NCBI RefSeq assembly: GCF_004010195.1
Contig: NC_057718.1
Span: 66,163,351-66,227,350 of the forward strand
Source of the DNA: Chiloscyllium plagiosum
Taxonomy: Eukaryota
Reading direction: 5' to 3'
Length of the DNA: 64,000 nucleotides
Part shown: positions 23,845 to 37,040 of the stretch, one piece after another
Layout: every line of letters starts with the position of its first letter
Numbering within the stretch: position 1 is the stretch's first letter
Program-made: the position numbers and the translations under genes
The notes under the pieces: model-generated
Seen by the model: only the letters and a program-made list of their open reading frames with translations
What the model was told of the DNA's origin: nothing
The model's database searches: none

Positions 23845-24455
23845 CACAGATTCATACAAATGTACAGCACGGAAACAGACCCTTCAGTCCAACCCGTCCA
23901 TGCCGACTGGATATCCCAACCCAATCTTGTCCCACCTGCCAGTACCTAACCCATATCCCTCCAAACCCTTCCTATTCATATACCCATCCAGATGCCTTTT
24001 AAATGTTGCAATTGTACTAGCCTCCAACACTTCCTCTGGCAACTCATTCCCTACACTTACCACCCTCTGCGTGAAAGTGTTGCCCCTGAGGTCCCTTTTA
24101 TTATCTTTCCCCTCTCACCCTAAACCTATACCGTCTAGTTCTGGACTCCCCCAGGCAAGGGAAAATACTTTGTCTATTTATTCTTATCCATGAGCCTCAT
24201 GATTTTATAAACCTCTATTGGGTCACCCCTCAGCCTCTGACACTCCAGGGAAAACAGCTCCAGCCTATTCAACCTCTTCCTATTGCTCAAATCCTCCAAC
24301 CCTGGCAACATCTTTGTAAATCTTTTCTGAACCCTTTCAAGTTTCACAACATCTTTCCAATAGGAAGGAGGCCAGAATTGCATGCAATATTCCAATAGTG
24401 GTCTAACCAATATCCTGTACAGCCGCAGCATGACCTCCCAACTCCTGCACTCAAC
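23845..24455 (-). mobile_element. CR1 3' fragment
   Basis: [28 protein letters not shown]. Confidence 0.9.
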
Positions 24456-24960
24456 GGCGTGTGGGGTAGCTCCTGTGAGTGTGATTTCCTTGAGGGCAAG
24501 AGGAACAGGAATGCATTCTAAGCATCATCATAAAAATTTGTTCCTCCCTATATTTTGTTGTTCATTCACAGCACGTGAGTGTTGCTGCCAAGATCAGTAG
24601 TTGTCACTACTTGCCTTGAGAAAATATTAGTGAGCTGTTTCCTTAAACTTTGTGGAGTGCACTTGGTAAGGGTACACACACAGTGTCTTCTCCTGCCTTG
24701 AGTTGAATAAATTTGCTGTGACAGCCACAAATAGAAGATAGGCCTCTTTAGGTAGCCCACCAGCCATACCCTCTGGATGGAAAAAGTTAGTTCAATGGGG
24801 AGGTTTTATTTGTTCATGGTATTTGAATGTTATTGGTTACGGTAGTGTTTATTGCCATTCCTATTTGACCTTGACAAGATGTTAGTGAGTAACATTTTGA
24901 ACCACTGCAGTCCATGGGAAGATGCAGGTATCCTGTTAGAAAGGAAGTTCCAAGACTTTG

Positions 24961-25137
24961 ATTAGATTACATTACAGTGTGGAAACAGGCCCTTCGGCCC
25001 AACAAGTCCACACCGACCGGCCGAAGTGCAACCCACCCATACCCCTACATTTACCCCTTACCTAACACTATGGGCAATTTAGCATGGCCAATTCACCTGA
25101 CCTGCACATCTTTGGACTGTGGGAGGAAACCAGAGCC
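24961..25137 (-). mobile_element. 5'-truncated HE1-type SINE
   Basis: Nearly identical to 33-205. Confidence 0.85.
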
Positions 25138-25979
25138 ACTTTGGATCCATCAGTTGAGGGAGATCCTGACACCATTAACATTAGTTGATTTTGTGCAGGA
25201 GAAAGTGCGGACTGCAGATTTTGTGCAGTCCAGTGAAGCATCACTGCTTCTCTTGGTTCCACACAACTATAAGTAAAGCTTAGCTACGTATTTCTCTTTG
25301 ACTAGACCATCAGTCTAGATCATGTATAGCACAAGCTGCAGGTAGTACCATTCCAAAATAGGTACCTAGGTACAAAAGTTTAGTACTAAATTAGAAAAAT
25401 ATAGAAATAAGAAGTTCAACATTCGAATTCTTTAGGCAGACTGCACTAGATCATGCCTCCAGACTGCTCTAAGCCTCAAATCCAGATTGCGCTGGGCTTC
25501 ACTTCCAAGTGTGCCAAGCTTCACCTCCAGTCATGCCAGGCCTCACCTCCAGACCAGAGTCTTGAGTAAAGCAGAGAATCCCGATTTGCATATTAAGTAG
25601 CCAACCATTTGACTTATTGGACAGCCCAGAGTGGGATTCTAGTGGACACAACAACAGCATAAAGCTGGCAGTATGTCCTAATTTCAGGGGCACTAATGCA
25701 TTGTTTTTACCAGATTGAAGGTTTCCAAATTTTATCCAATGTGGCACAAAGCTTGTGTTTGGGGCTGCTTTCTCGTAGTCAGCTTTGCTGGGGCTTTTTT
25801 GCTTTGCTGAATCTGTTAGTTAGCTTTAGGTAGTTCTCTAGGTTATCATGTAAGCCTCATTCTGATTAATTAGATTCAGTACCACATAGTTTAGTGGCTA
25901 CTCCTGTGTTCCAATACCACAGTTTTTTTAAAAACAAAAAATGAATTTAAATAATTTTCTACTTGACTGAATAGTTTTA

Positions 25980-28900
25980 ACAAGAGGTATGGCTGGGGAG
26001 TTCAGTCCCAGCTATTGCATGTCTGCAGTATTTGGGAGGTCTTAGATGCTCCTGGTAGTCTGCAGGAAATGCCACTAGTTTGATTAGATTGAGCATCAGG
26101 TATCAGAGCTGAACATTAGTTGGAGGTACGGAAGTGTATCTATGAGACTGAGTTACATTGGCATAGTTAGCCCACATCTTAAAAAAGTGCAGTTAGAGAA
26201 GGAATGGGTGATCATCAGGCAGAAGGAGGAAGGAGGCAAGTAGTCAGGAAAGCCCCAGAATATACAAAAACAGAAGTTGCTGGAAAAGCTGAGCAGGTCT
26301 GGCAGTATTTGTGAAGAGAAATCAAAGTTAATGTTTTGGATCTGATGAGCCTATCTTCGAAGTATATCTTGCTCAAAGTTTTCCTATGTTGAAAAATGGT
26401 GAGAGTGGAAGTTCCTCTGGGGAGTGCTGCCAATGCCCAGCTGCACAAAGTAGGAGGAGAAAGAGAGGCTGAGCAATTCTGGGTCATCATGCAATAGTAT
26501 GGGAACAAATAGGCATTTCAGAGGCTGCAGATGTGACTCCAGGCTGGTATGTTGTTTCCCTGGATGTTACTGAATAGCTGAAGGGAAGGGGGAACTTCTG
26601 GTTCACATAGGTGAAAAGAGAACTGAGGTCTTGAGATGAATTTAGGGAGCTAGGTAGCAGATTGATTAGTAGAATCTCAAGTGTTGTAGTGCTTGGATTA
26701 CTCCAAGTACCATGTGTTGACGTAGATAGGAATAGATGTGTAAGTGGGTAGATGTATGGCCGAAGAATTGGTGCAGGAGGTAGGGCTTTAGACTTCTGGA
26801 TCATTGGGTCTATTTCTGTGGAAGGTATGCCCTGAATGACTCCTACAGGTTGTATCTGAACTGGAACCAGGGGATGGTTCGAAGGTGCTATTGGTGGGGT
26901 TTCAACTAATTTGTTAGGGGTATCAGAAGTAGAATGGAGGCACAGTAGGGGATGACACATAGTTAAGTATAGATGAAAAACCAAGTCACTCTGATGGCAG
27001 GCTATATATAGTCAAGTTAAGGTACAAGGGAGCATGGCAACATGGGATAGCATTTATTTTAATGCAAGGAGTCTTGTAAGTAAAGCAGATGAGTTGAGGG
27101 TGTTAATTAACATATGGTAATATCATATCACTGCTCCCCTGGAGGTACTGTTGAAGAGGGAGCAATCAATATTCTGTGATGTAGAATCTTTAGGCAAGAC
27201 AGGGGAGTAAGTTCAAAAGGTAAGATGGCGTCGCAATATTAATCAAGGGGTCAATTACTGCAATGGAGAATGAATGATATCTGAGAAGGATCCTTAAAGC
27301 AGGCCAACTAGGTAGAACTTCAAATCAAAAATGAGACAATCACTTTGATGGATGATTGATATTGTGTCTAAACAGTCAAGAGGCAAATCTATCAATGTTT
27401 TAGGATAATAATAGAAGGGATTTTGAATTCCTCATTATTAACTGAGATAGACAAAATATGAAAGGTTCAGAGGGCTCAAATTCTTAAAGTGTATCCAGGA
27501 ATAGCTTTCTAAGGCAGCACATATAAAGTTCTTCAAGAGAAGGGTGGTACTAAGCTAATTTTAGGGATCAAAACCAGGCAAGTGGCAGAAGTGTCAGTGG
27601 GGGAGTATTTCAGTGATAGTGACCATAATTCAGTAAGATTTAAAGTAGCAATGAGAAAGGACTAAGATGGGCCAGAGGAAGGGTTTAATTGGGGAGGAGA
27701 CTAAATTTAATAGAATAGGACAGGTTCTGGCCAAAGTGGACTGGGAGCAGCTATTTGTAGGAAAGTCTACATTAAAAGGAGTGGGAATCATACTAAAAGG
27801 AAATAATGAGAATGGAGGGGCAACATATTCCAGTTAAGATGAAAGGTGGGACCAACATGTTCAGAAAATCCTCGGTGTTAAGGGATGTCCAGGACTGGAT
27901 AAGGGAAAAGAGGGGAAACTTATGACAATACTAAGGCCTCAGAACAGCAGAAGCCCTAGAGGAGTACAGAAAATGAAAAAGAACATGAACTTAAAAAATA
28001 AATCAGGAGAAAGGAAAAGGGGTCATGGAAAGTGCTGGTGGGTAAAATAAAGGAAAATCCAAAGCATTTTATAAGTCTATTTGGGGCAAAAGGATAACCA
28101 AGGAAAGAATAGAATGGATTAGGAACTGAAATGGTGATCCACGTGTGCAGCTGGAAGATATAGGTGAAGTTTTAACTGAATGTTTTATATCTGAATTTGT
28201 TATAGAGAAGAATGATGAAGGTATAGAAATCAGGGAGGACAGCCAATGTTCCCTCTATGCTGCGCAGCCGCTTTGAGGATCCACACTTGCTGCCTGGCAT
28301 GCGGACACATTGACATCTGATTCCAGAAGTCACTGTCACACCGACCTTGGACATCTATACAACGGCAGGAAACTTTAGAGGAAGCAGGAGGGGACTGTAA
28401 TATACTTGAATAAGTTGGCATTGAAAAGGAGGAAGTATTGGTGGTTTTAGAAGGCTTGAAAAGGATAACTCCACAGTCTAGGTGAGATGTATCCAAAAGC
28501 CATGGGAGGCAAGGGAAGAGATTGCAAGGGCTCTGACATTAATTTTCAAATCCTCTCTGCCTAGAGGAGGGGAGGACAGCTAATGTAGCCAAGGCATTCA
28601 AAGCTGTGGGCCAAGTGCTGTAAAATGGAATTTGAGGATCGGTACTGGTCCACTGCTTTTCGTCATTTATATAAATGATTTGGATGTGAATATAGGAGGT
28701 ATGGGTAATACATTTACAGATAACACTAAAACTGGTGCTGTAGTGGATAGCGAAAAAGGTTATTTCAGAGTACATCGGGAGCTTGATCAGATGAGTCAGT
28801 GAGCCGAGGAGTGGCAGATGGAGTTTAACTTAGATAAATGTGAGGTGTTGCATTTTTGTAAGGCAAACCAGCACAGGACATATACGGTTAATGTTGAGAG

Positions 28901-29700
28901 TGTGGTGCTGAAAGTTAATGGTAGGAGTATTACTGAACAAAAAGACCTAGGGTGCAAGTGCTTAGTTTCTTGAAAGTGGAGTTGCAGGTGGACATATGTT
29001 GAAGAAAACATTTGACATGCTTGCCTTCTTTGGTCAGTGCATTGAGTATAGGAGTGGGATGCCATGTTGAGGCTGTACTGGACATTGGTTAGGCCACTCT
29101 TAGAATACTGTGTTCAGTTCTTGTCTGTCTGCTATAGGAAAGATGTTGTTAAACTTTAAAAGGTTCAGAAAAGATTTAAAGGATCTTGACAGGGTTGGAA
29201 GTTTTGAGCTATGGGGAGAGGCTGAATAGGCTGGGCAATTTTTCCTGGAGCTGAGGGGGTGACCTTATAGAGGTTTATAAAATCATGGTCATGGATAGAA
29301 TGAATACCCTTCTCACAGGGTAAGGGAGTCAAAAACTAGAGGGCGCAAGTTTAAAATGAGAGGGACAAGATTTAAAGAGATCTGAGAGGCAACTTTTTCA
29401 CACAAAGGATGGTGCATGTATGGAATGAGCTGCCAGAGGGGGTAATGGAGCGAGGTGCAGTTGTAAAATTTAAAAGGCATCTGGATGGGTATATGAATAG
29501 AAACATTTAGAGGGATATAGGCCAAATGCTGGCAAATGGAACAAGATTAGTTTAGGACATTTGTTTCGCTTGGACAAGCCGGACTGAAGGATCTGTTTCC
29601 ATGTATAACTCTATGACGCAATGAATAAATAGGTGCTTGTTTTTGACTGGCGCAGACTCAGTGGGCTGTGGGGCATTTTTCTGTGCTGTAGACCTCCATG
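25980..29700 (+). mobile_element. Decayed long CR1 (ORF1 and ORF2) plus a CR1 3' piece from ~28640
   Basis: YFNARSLVSKADEL at ~27055; KIKENPKAFYK-like at ~28045; RT and 3' UTR at 28640-29620. Confidence 0.75.
28244..28390. mobile_element. Possible small hAT-type MITE
   Basis: CAATGTTCCCTCTA...TAGAGGAAGCAGG imperfect terminal repeats interrupting CR1; only a partial 8-bp TSD match. Confidence 0.35.
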
Positions 29701-30114
29701 ACGTATGACTCGAAGAGTATGAGGTGATGGAGAGAAGATAGTGACCCTTATGATTGCTAGTGGAGATGGTCATTGACCTTCTTCCTATGGTACTGGACAT
29801 TCCTCCAGATGGCTAAGACAGCTTTAACTCAGGCGGCAACTTCAGATCAGGTTTGCATGGTCTGATGTCATGGTCTCCACTACCTTTTCTGTAGGGAAAA
29901 GGAGTCCACTACCCTGCTTGCGAAATGAAACACCGAGATTTCCTTTAGCTACTAAATTCAGGGACAATGTCAGGAACCATGTAGAGCATGTCCAGATTGA
30001 CAGAACTTATCTGGGTGTACAACAGGCTTTTAAAGATAGTGTAGCCACAAGGGATGCTCATGAATTCTAGGATATCTGCTGGATGGCGAGTTATTCCAGG
30101 ATTGGCACATAGTA

Positions 30115-30699
30115 ATATAAGACCATAAGATACGGGAGAATAAGTTAGCCCATTCAGCCCATCGAGTCTACTCTGCTATTCAATGATGGCTGATACATTT
30201 CTCAACCCCATTCTCCCGCTTTCTCCTGAAATCCTTGATCCTCTTGACAATCAAGAACCTATCTTGGTCTTAAATACACTCAATGACATGGCCTCCACAA
30301 CCTTCCATGGCATCACTCTCTGGTTGAAGAGGTTTCTCCTTAACATCGTTCTAAAGGTCTTCACTTTACTCTAAGGCTGCGCCCTCAGGTCCTAGTCTCT
30401 CTTACCAATGGAAAGATTTTCCCAACATCAATTCTATCCAGGCCATTTGGTATTCTGTATGTTTCAATTTGATCCCCCTCCCCATCCTTCTAAACTCCAT
30501 TGAGTATAGAACCAGAGTCTTCAAACATTCCTCATAAGTTAACCTTTTCACTCCTGAGACCATTCTCATGAACCTCCTCTGAACACACACTAAGGCCAGT
30601 AAATCCTTCCTGAGATATGGGGCCTAAAACTACATACAGTACTCCAAATGTGGTCTGACCAGTGCCTTGTAGAGCCTCAGATGTACATCCCTGCTTTTA
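30115..30699 (-). mobile_element. CR1 3' fragment (different subfamily)
   Basis: VQRRFMRMVSGVKRLTYEECL. Confidence 0.8.
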
Positions 30700-33600
30700 T
30701 AGAACATAGAACATTACATCGCCCTCGATGTTGTGCCGACCCGTCATACCAATCTGAAGCCCATCTAACCAACACTATTCCATGTACGTCCATATGCTTG
30801 TCCAATGATGACTTAAATGTACTTAAAGTTGGCAAATCTACTACTGTAGCAGGCAAAGCATTCCATACCCTTACTGCTCTCTTAGTAAAGAAACTACCTC
30901 TGACATCTCTCCTATATCTATCACTCCTTAATTTAAAGTTATGCCCCCTCGTGCTCGCTGTCACCATACTTGGAAAAAGGCTGTCCTTGTCCACCCTATC
31001 TAACCCTCTGATTATCTTATATGTCTCTATAAAGTCACCTCTCAACCTTCTCTGTAATGTCCCTGACATTAGATAGCTTTGGCAAATAGAATTAAGGAGA
31101 ATCCAAAGGGTTTTTACAAATATATTAAGGACAAAAGGGTAACTAGGGAGAGAATAGGGCCCCTCAAAGATCAGCAAGGTGGCCTTTGTGTGGAGCCACA
31201 GAAAATGGGGGAGATACTAAATGAATATTTTGCATCAGTATTTACTATGGAAAAAGATATGGAAGATATAGACTGTAGCGAAAGAGATGGTGACATCTTG
31301 CAAAATGTTCAGATTACAGAGGAGAAAGTGCTGGATGTCTTGCAACAGTTAAAGGTGGATAAATCCCCAGGACCTGATCAAGTGTACCCGAGAACTCTGT
31401 GGGAAGCTAGAGAAGTGATTGCAGGGCCTCTTGCAGAGATATTTGTATCATCGATAGTCACAGGTGAGGTGCCGCAAGACTGGAGGTTGGCAAACATGGT
31501 GCCACTGTTTAAGAAGGGCAGTAAAGACAAGCCAGGGAACTATAGAAAGGTGAGCGTGACCACAGTGGTGAGCAAGTTGGAGGGAATCCTGAGGGACAGG
31601 ATGCACATGTATTTGGAAAGGCAAGAACTGATCAGGGATAGTCAACATGGCTTTGTGCGTGGGAAATCATGTCTCACAAACTTGATTGAAGTTTTTAAAG
31701 AAGTAACAAAGAAGATTAATGAGGGCAGAGCAGTAGATGTGATCTATATGGACTTCAGTAAGGCATTCGACAAGGTTCCTCATGGGAGACTGATTAGCAA
31801 GATTAGTTCTCATGGAATACAGGGAGAACTAGCCATTTGGATACAGAACTGGTTCAAAAGGTAGAAGACTGAGGATGGTGGTAGAGGGTTGTTTTTCAGA
31901 CTGGAGGCCTGTGACCAGTGGGGTGCCACAAGGATCGGTGCTGGATCCTCTACTTTTTGTAATTTACATAAATGATTTGGATGCGAGCATAAGATGTACA
32001 GTTAGTAAGTTTGCAGATGACACCAAAATTGGAAGTGTAGTGGACAACAAAGAGGGTTACCTCAGATTACAACAGGATCTGGACCAGATGGGCCAATGGG
32101 CTGAGAAGTGGCAGGTGGAGTTCAATTCAGATAAATGCGAGGTGCTGCATTTTGGGTGGCAACTTTCAAGGATCTGTGTGCATGGACACCGAGATCTCTC
32201 TGCTCATGTACACTACCAAGAATCTTACCATTAGTCCAGTACTTTGCATTCCGGTTACTCCGACCAAAGTGAATCACCTCACACTTGTCCACATTAAACT
32301 CCATTTGCCACGTCTCAGCGCAGCTCTGCAGCTTATCTATATCTCTCTGTAACCTACAACATTCTTCGTCACTATCCATAACTCCACCGACCTTAGTGTC
32401 ATCTGCAAATTTACTAACTCACCCTTCTACGCCCTCATCCAGGTCGTTTATAAAAATGATGAACAGCAGTGGACCCAACACCAACCCTTGCTGTACACCA
32501 CTAGTAACTGGACTCCAGGATGAACATTTCCCATCAACCACGACCCTCTGTCTTCTTTCAGCAATCCAATTGCTGATCCAAACGGCTATACCTCCCACAA
32601 TCCCATTCCTCCGCATTTTGTACAATAGCCTACTGTGGGGAACCTTATCGAACGCCTTGCTGAAATCCATATACACCACTTCAACCGGTTTACTCTCATC
32701 TACCTGTTTGGTCACCATCTCAAAGAACTCAATAAGGTTTGTAAGGCACGACCTACTCTTCACAAAACCGTGCTGACTATCCCTAATCAAATTATTCTTT
32801 TCTAGATGATTATAAATCCTATCTCTTATAACCTTTTCCAACACTTAACCAACAACTGAAGTAAGGCTCACTTATCTATAATTACCAGGGTTGTCTCTAC
32901 TCCCCTTCTTGAACAGGGGAACCACATTTGCTATCCTTCAGACTTCTGGCACTATTCCTGTAGACAAGGACGATTTAAACATCAATGCCAAAGGCTTGGC
33001 AATCTCCTCCCTGGTTTCCCAGAGGATCCTAGGATAAATTCCATCCAGCCCAGGGGACTTATCTATTTTCACACTCTGCAGGATTTCTAATAGCTCTTCC
33101 TTGTGAACCTCAATCCCAACTAGTCTAGTAGCCTGTATCTCAGTATTCTCTTCGACAACATTGTCGATTTCTAGAGTGAATACTGTCGAAAAATATTCAT
33201 TTAGTGTTTCCCCTATCTCCTCTGACTCCACACACAACTTCCCACTACTATCCTTGATTGGCCCTAATCCTACTCTCGTCATTCTTTTATTCCTTAAATA
33301 CCTATTGAAAGCCTTAGGGTTTACCCTGATCCTATCCGCCAACAACTTCTCATGTTTCCTCGTGGCTCTTCTGAGCTCTCTTTAGGTCTTTCCTGGCTAC
33401 CTTGTAACCCTCAAGCGCCCTAACTGAGCCTTCACATCTCATCCTAACATAAGCCTTCTTCTTCCTCTTGACCAGAGATTCCACTTCCTTCGTAAACCAC
33501 GGCTCCCGCGCTCTACAGCTTCCTCCCTGCCTGACAGCCACATACTTATCTAGGACACACAGGAGCTTTTCCTTGAATAAGCTCCACATTTATAATGTGC

Positions 33601-35575
33601 CCATCCCCTGCAGTTTCGTTCCCCATCCTATGCTTCCTAAATCTTGCCTAATCGCATCGTAATTGCCTTTCCCCCAGCTGTAACTCTTGCCCAGTGGTAT
33701 ACACCTATCCCTTTCTATCACTAAAGTAAACATAACAGAATGGTGATCGCTATCACCAAAGTGCTCACCTACTTCCAAGTCTAACACCTGGCCGGGCTCA
33801 TTACCCAGTACCAAATCTAATGTGGCTTCGCCCCTTTTTGGCCTGTCAACATACTGTGTCAGGAAGCCCTCCTGCACACACTGGACAAAAACTGACCCAT
33901 CTATAGTACTCGTACTATAGTGTTCCCACCAATATTTGGAAAGTTGAAGTCCTCCATGACAACTACCCTGTCTCTTTCACTCCTATTGAGAATAATCTTT
34001 GCTATCCTTTCCTTTACATCTCTGGAACTATTTGGAAGCCTATAGAAAACTCCCAACAGGGTGACCTCTCCTTTCCTGTTTCTAACCTCAGCCCATACTA
34101 CCTCAGTTGATGAGTCCCCAAACATCCTTTCTGCAACTGTAATTCTGTCCTTGACCAACAATGCCACACCTCCCCCTCTTTTACCATCTTCTCTATTCTT
34201 ACTGAAACATCTAAATCCTGGAACCTGCAACAACCATTCCTGTCTCTGCTCTATCCATGTATCCGAAAGGGCCACAACATCGAAGTTCCAGGTACCAACC
34301 TATGCTGCAAGTTCACCCACCTTATTCCGGATGCTCCTGGCATTGAAGTAGACACACTTCAAACCAACTTCTTGCTTGCCGGTGCCATCTTGCGTCCCTG
34401 AAACTTGATTTCGGACCTCCCTACTCTCAACTTTTTCTATACTCGAACTACAGTTTTGGTTCCCATCCCCCTGCTGGATTAGTTTAAACCCCCCCCCAAT
34501 AGCCTTAGCAAATTTCCCCCCCAGGATATTGGTACCCCTCTGGTTCAGATGAAGACCATCCTGCTTGTAGAGATCCCACCTACCCCAGAAAGAGCCCCAA
34601 TTATCCAAGAATCGAAACCCTCCCTCCTGAACCACCCTGTAGCCACGTGTTCAACTCCTCTCTCTCCCTATTCCTCGCCTCACTAGCATGTGGCACTGGC
34701 AACAAACCAGAGACAACAACTCTGTTCGGCCTAGCTCTAAGCTTCCATCCTAGCTCCTGAATTTCTGCCTTAAATCCCCATCTCTCTTCCTACCTATGTC
34801 GTTGGTGCCTATGTGGACCACGACTTGGAGCTGCTCCCCCTCCCCCTTAAGGATCCCAAAAACACGATCAGAGACATCAAGAACCCTGGCACCTGGGAGG
34901 CAACACACCAACCGTGAGTCTCTCTTGTCTCCACAGAACCTCCTATCTGTCCCCGTAACTATGGAGTCCCCAACGACTATTGCTCTACTCCACTTCCCCC
35001 TTCCCTTCTGAGCAGCAGGGACACACTCTGTGCCAGAGCCCTGTGCCCCACTGCTTTCCCCTGGTAAGTCCCTCCCCCCCCCCCCCCAACAGTATCCAAA
35101 ACGGTATACTTATTGTTGAGGGGAATAGCCACAGGGTATCCCTGCACTGCCTGCTGGTTCCCTTTCCGTCCCCTGACTCTAACTCATCTGCTTTTTTCTT
35201 GTACCTGAGGAGTGGCTACTTCCCTGTAACTCCTCTCAATAACCCCCTCTGCCTCCCGAGTGATCCGAAGTTCATCCAGCTCTAGCTCCAGTTCCCTAAT
35301 GCGGTTTTCGAGGAGCTGGAGTTGGGTGCACCTCCCACAGATTTAGTCAGCAGGGACACTAGTGGTGACCCTTACCTCCCACATTCTGCAGAAGGAACAT
35401 TGAACTGCCCTAACCTCCATTCCCACTATTCTAAATTCCCAAAGAGACTGTTGAAAAATAAGGAATAAAAAAAAAACTCGTTACCATACCAATCTGGCGC
35501 ACAGAACCTTTTTTTTGGTTAGAGATGAAGGAAGGGTGGGGGACACTACCTGAGTAGTGTTACGGGTAACACAAC
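30700..35575 (-). mobile_element. Near-full-length CR1 LINE (ORF1 SGNH-esterase-like, ORF2 APE+RT), frameshifted and interrupted
   Basis: [67 protein letters not shown]-type tail. Confidence 0.9.
31070..32154 (+). mobile_element. Young CR1 ORF2 internal fragment (RT) lacking the 3' tail
   Basis: 261-aa and 119-aa ORFs: [42 protein letters not shown]. Confidence 0.9.
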
Positions 35576-35639
35576 CACACAAATATATGACTTCTCAGAA
35601 GTCCTTCGCTCCTCCCTCGCACCTTTCGGCAAATGGCAC

Positions 35640-37040
35640 ATTCATGTCCTGTCAAAATAAATGCCATCATTGCATTTGCTTTCCTAACTACTGACTCAAC
35701 CTGCAAGTTTACCTTGAGTGAATCCTGGACTAGAACTCCAAGTCTCTTTGCATTCAAATTTCTGAATTTTTTCCCCATTTAGAAAATAGTCCATGTTTCA
35801 ATTCTTCCGACCAAAGTAGGTGACTCAGTGGTTAGCACTGCTGCCTCAACAGCGCCAGGGACATGGGTTCATTTCCCACCTCGGGCAACTTTGTGTGGAG
35901 TTTGCACATTCTCCCCATGTCTGCGTGGGTTTCCTCCGGCTGCTCTGGTTTCCTCCCACAGTACAATGATGTGCAGGTTTAGGTGAATTGGCCATGCTAA
36001 ATTGCCAGTAGTGTTAGGTGCATTAGTCAGGGGTAAATGTAGGGGAATGGGTCTGGGTGGGTTGCTCTTTGGAGGGTCAGTGTGGACTTGTTGGGCCAAA
36101 GGGCCTGTTTCCACACTTTAGGGAATCTAATCTAATCTAAAGTGCATGACCTCACACTTTTCCACATTGTACTTCATTGCCACTTGCCCACTCTCCTAAC
36201 CCATCTAAATCCTCCTGCAGCCTCCCTGCCTCCTCAATGCTACCTGTCCCTCTACCTAGGTCTGTATCATCTGCAAACTTAGCCAGAATGCCCTCAGTTC
36301 CTTCATCTATATCGTTAATGTATAAAGTGAAAAGTTGTGGTCCCAACACTGAGCCTGTGGAACACCACTAGTCACCAGCTGCCATCCTGAGAAAGACTTT
36401 TTATCCCCACTCTCTGCTTTCTGTCAGACAGGCAGGCTTCTATCTGTGCTTGCCTCAAACACTATGGGCCCTTATCTTACATAAGAGCCTCATATGTGGC
36501 ACCTTGTCAAAGGCCTTCTTGAAATTCACATACATAACATCAATTGGCTCTCCTTGGTCTAACATGCTAGTTAGTTTTGCAAAGAATTCTAACGGGTTTG
36601 TCAAGTATGACCTCCCCTTGATGAAACCATGCCAACTCTACCCTATTTTACCATACACTTCCAAATATTCAGAAATCTCATCCTTCACAATGGATTCCAG
36701 GATCTCATCTACGACCGAGGTTAGGCTACTAGTTTATAATTTTCTGTTTTTTTGCCTTACTCCCTTTTTACACAGAGGTGTCAAGTTAGTGACTTTCCAG
36801 TTCTCTAGGTCCCTCCATGACTCTAGCGATTCCTGAAAGATCCTTATTAATGCCTCCACTATCACTTCAACTGTTTCCCTTAGAAATCTGGCCTGTAGTC
36901 CACCTGGTCCGGGTGATTTATCCACCTTCAGGCAATTCAGTTTTTCTAGCACCTTCTCCTTGGTGATGGCCACCATATTCAGCTTTGCCCCCTTAGTCTC
37001 TTGAATTTTTGAGATATTACTCGTGTCTTCCACTGTGAAT
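35640..37040 (-). mobile_element. CR1 RT fragment
   Basis: LGPQLFTLYIND..KFADD; KVDKSPGPGG. Confidence 0.85.
35819..36138 (+). mobile_element. HE1-type SINE inserted in CR1
   Basis: A/B boxes, (AATCT)n tail, AAAGT on both flanks. Confidence 0.85.

Noticed and set aside
25575..25600. Octamer ATTTGCAT
   Set aside because: Isolated motif with no snRNA or immunoglobulin V gene context.
32285..32776. Antisense ORFs over CR1 RT (also 37061-37510 and 30648-31076)
   Set aside because: Shadow frames of LINE coding sequence with no independent evidence.
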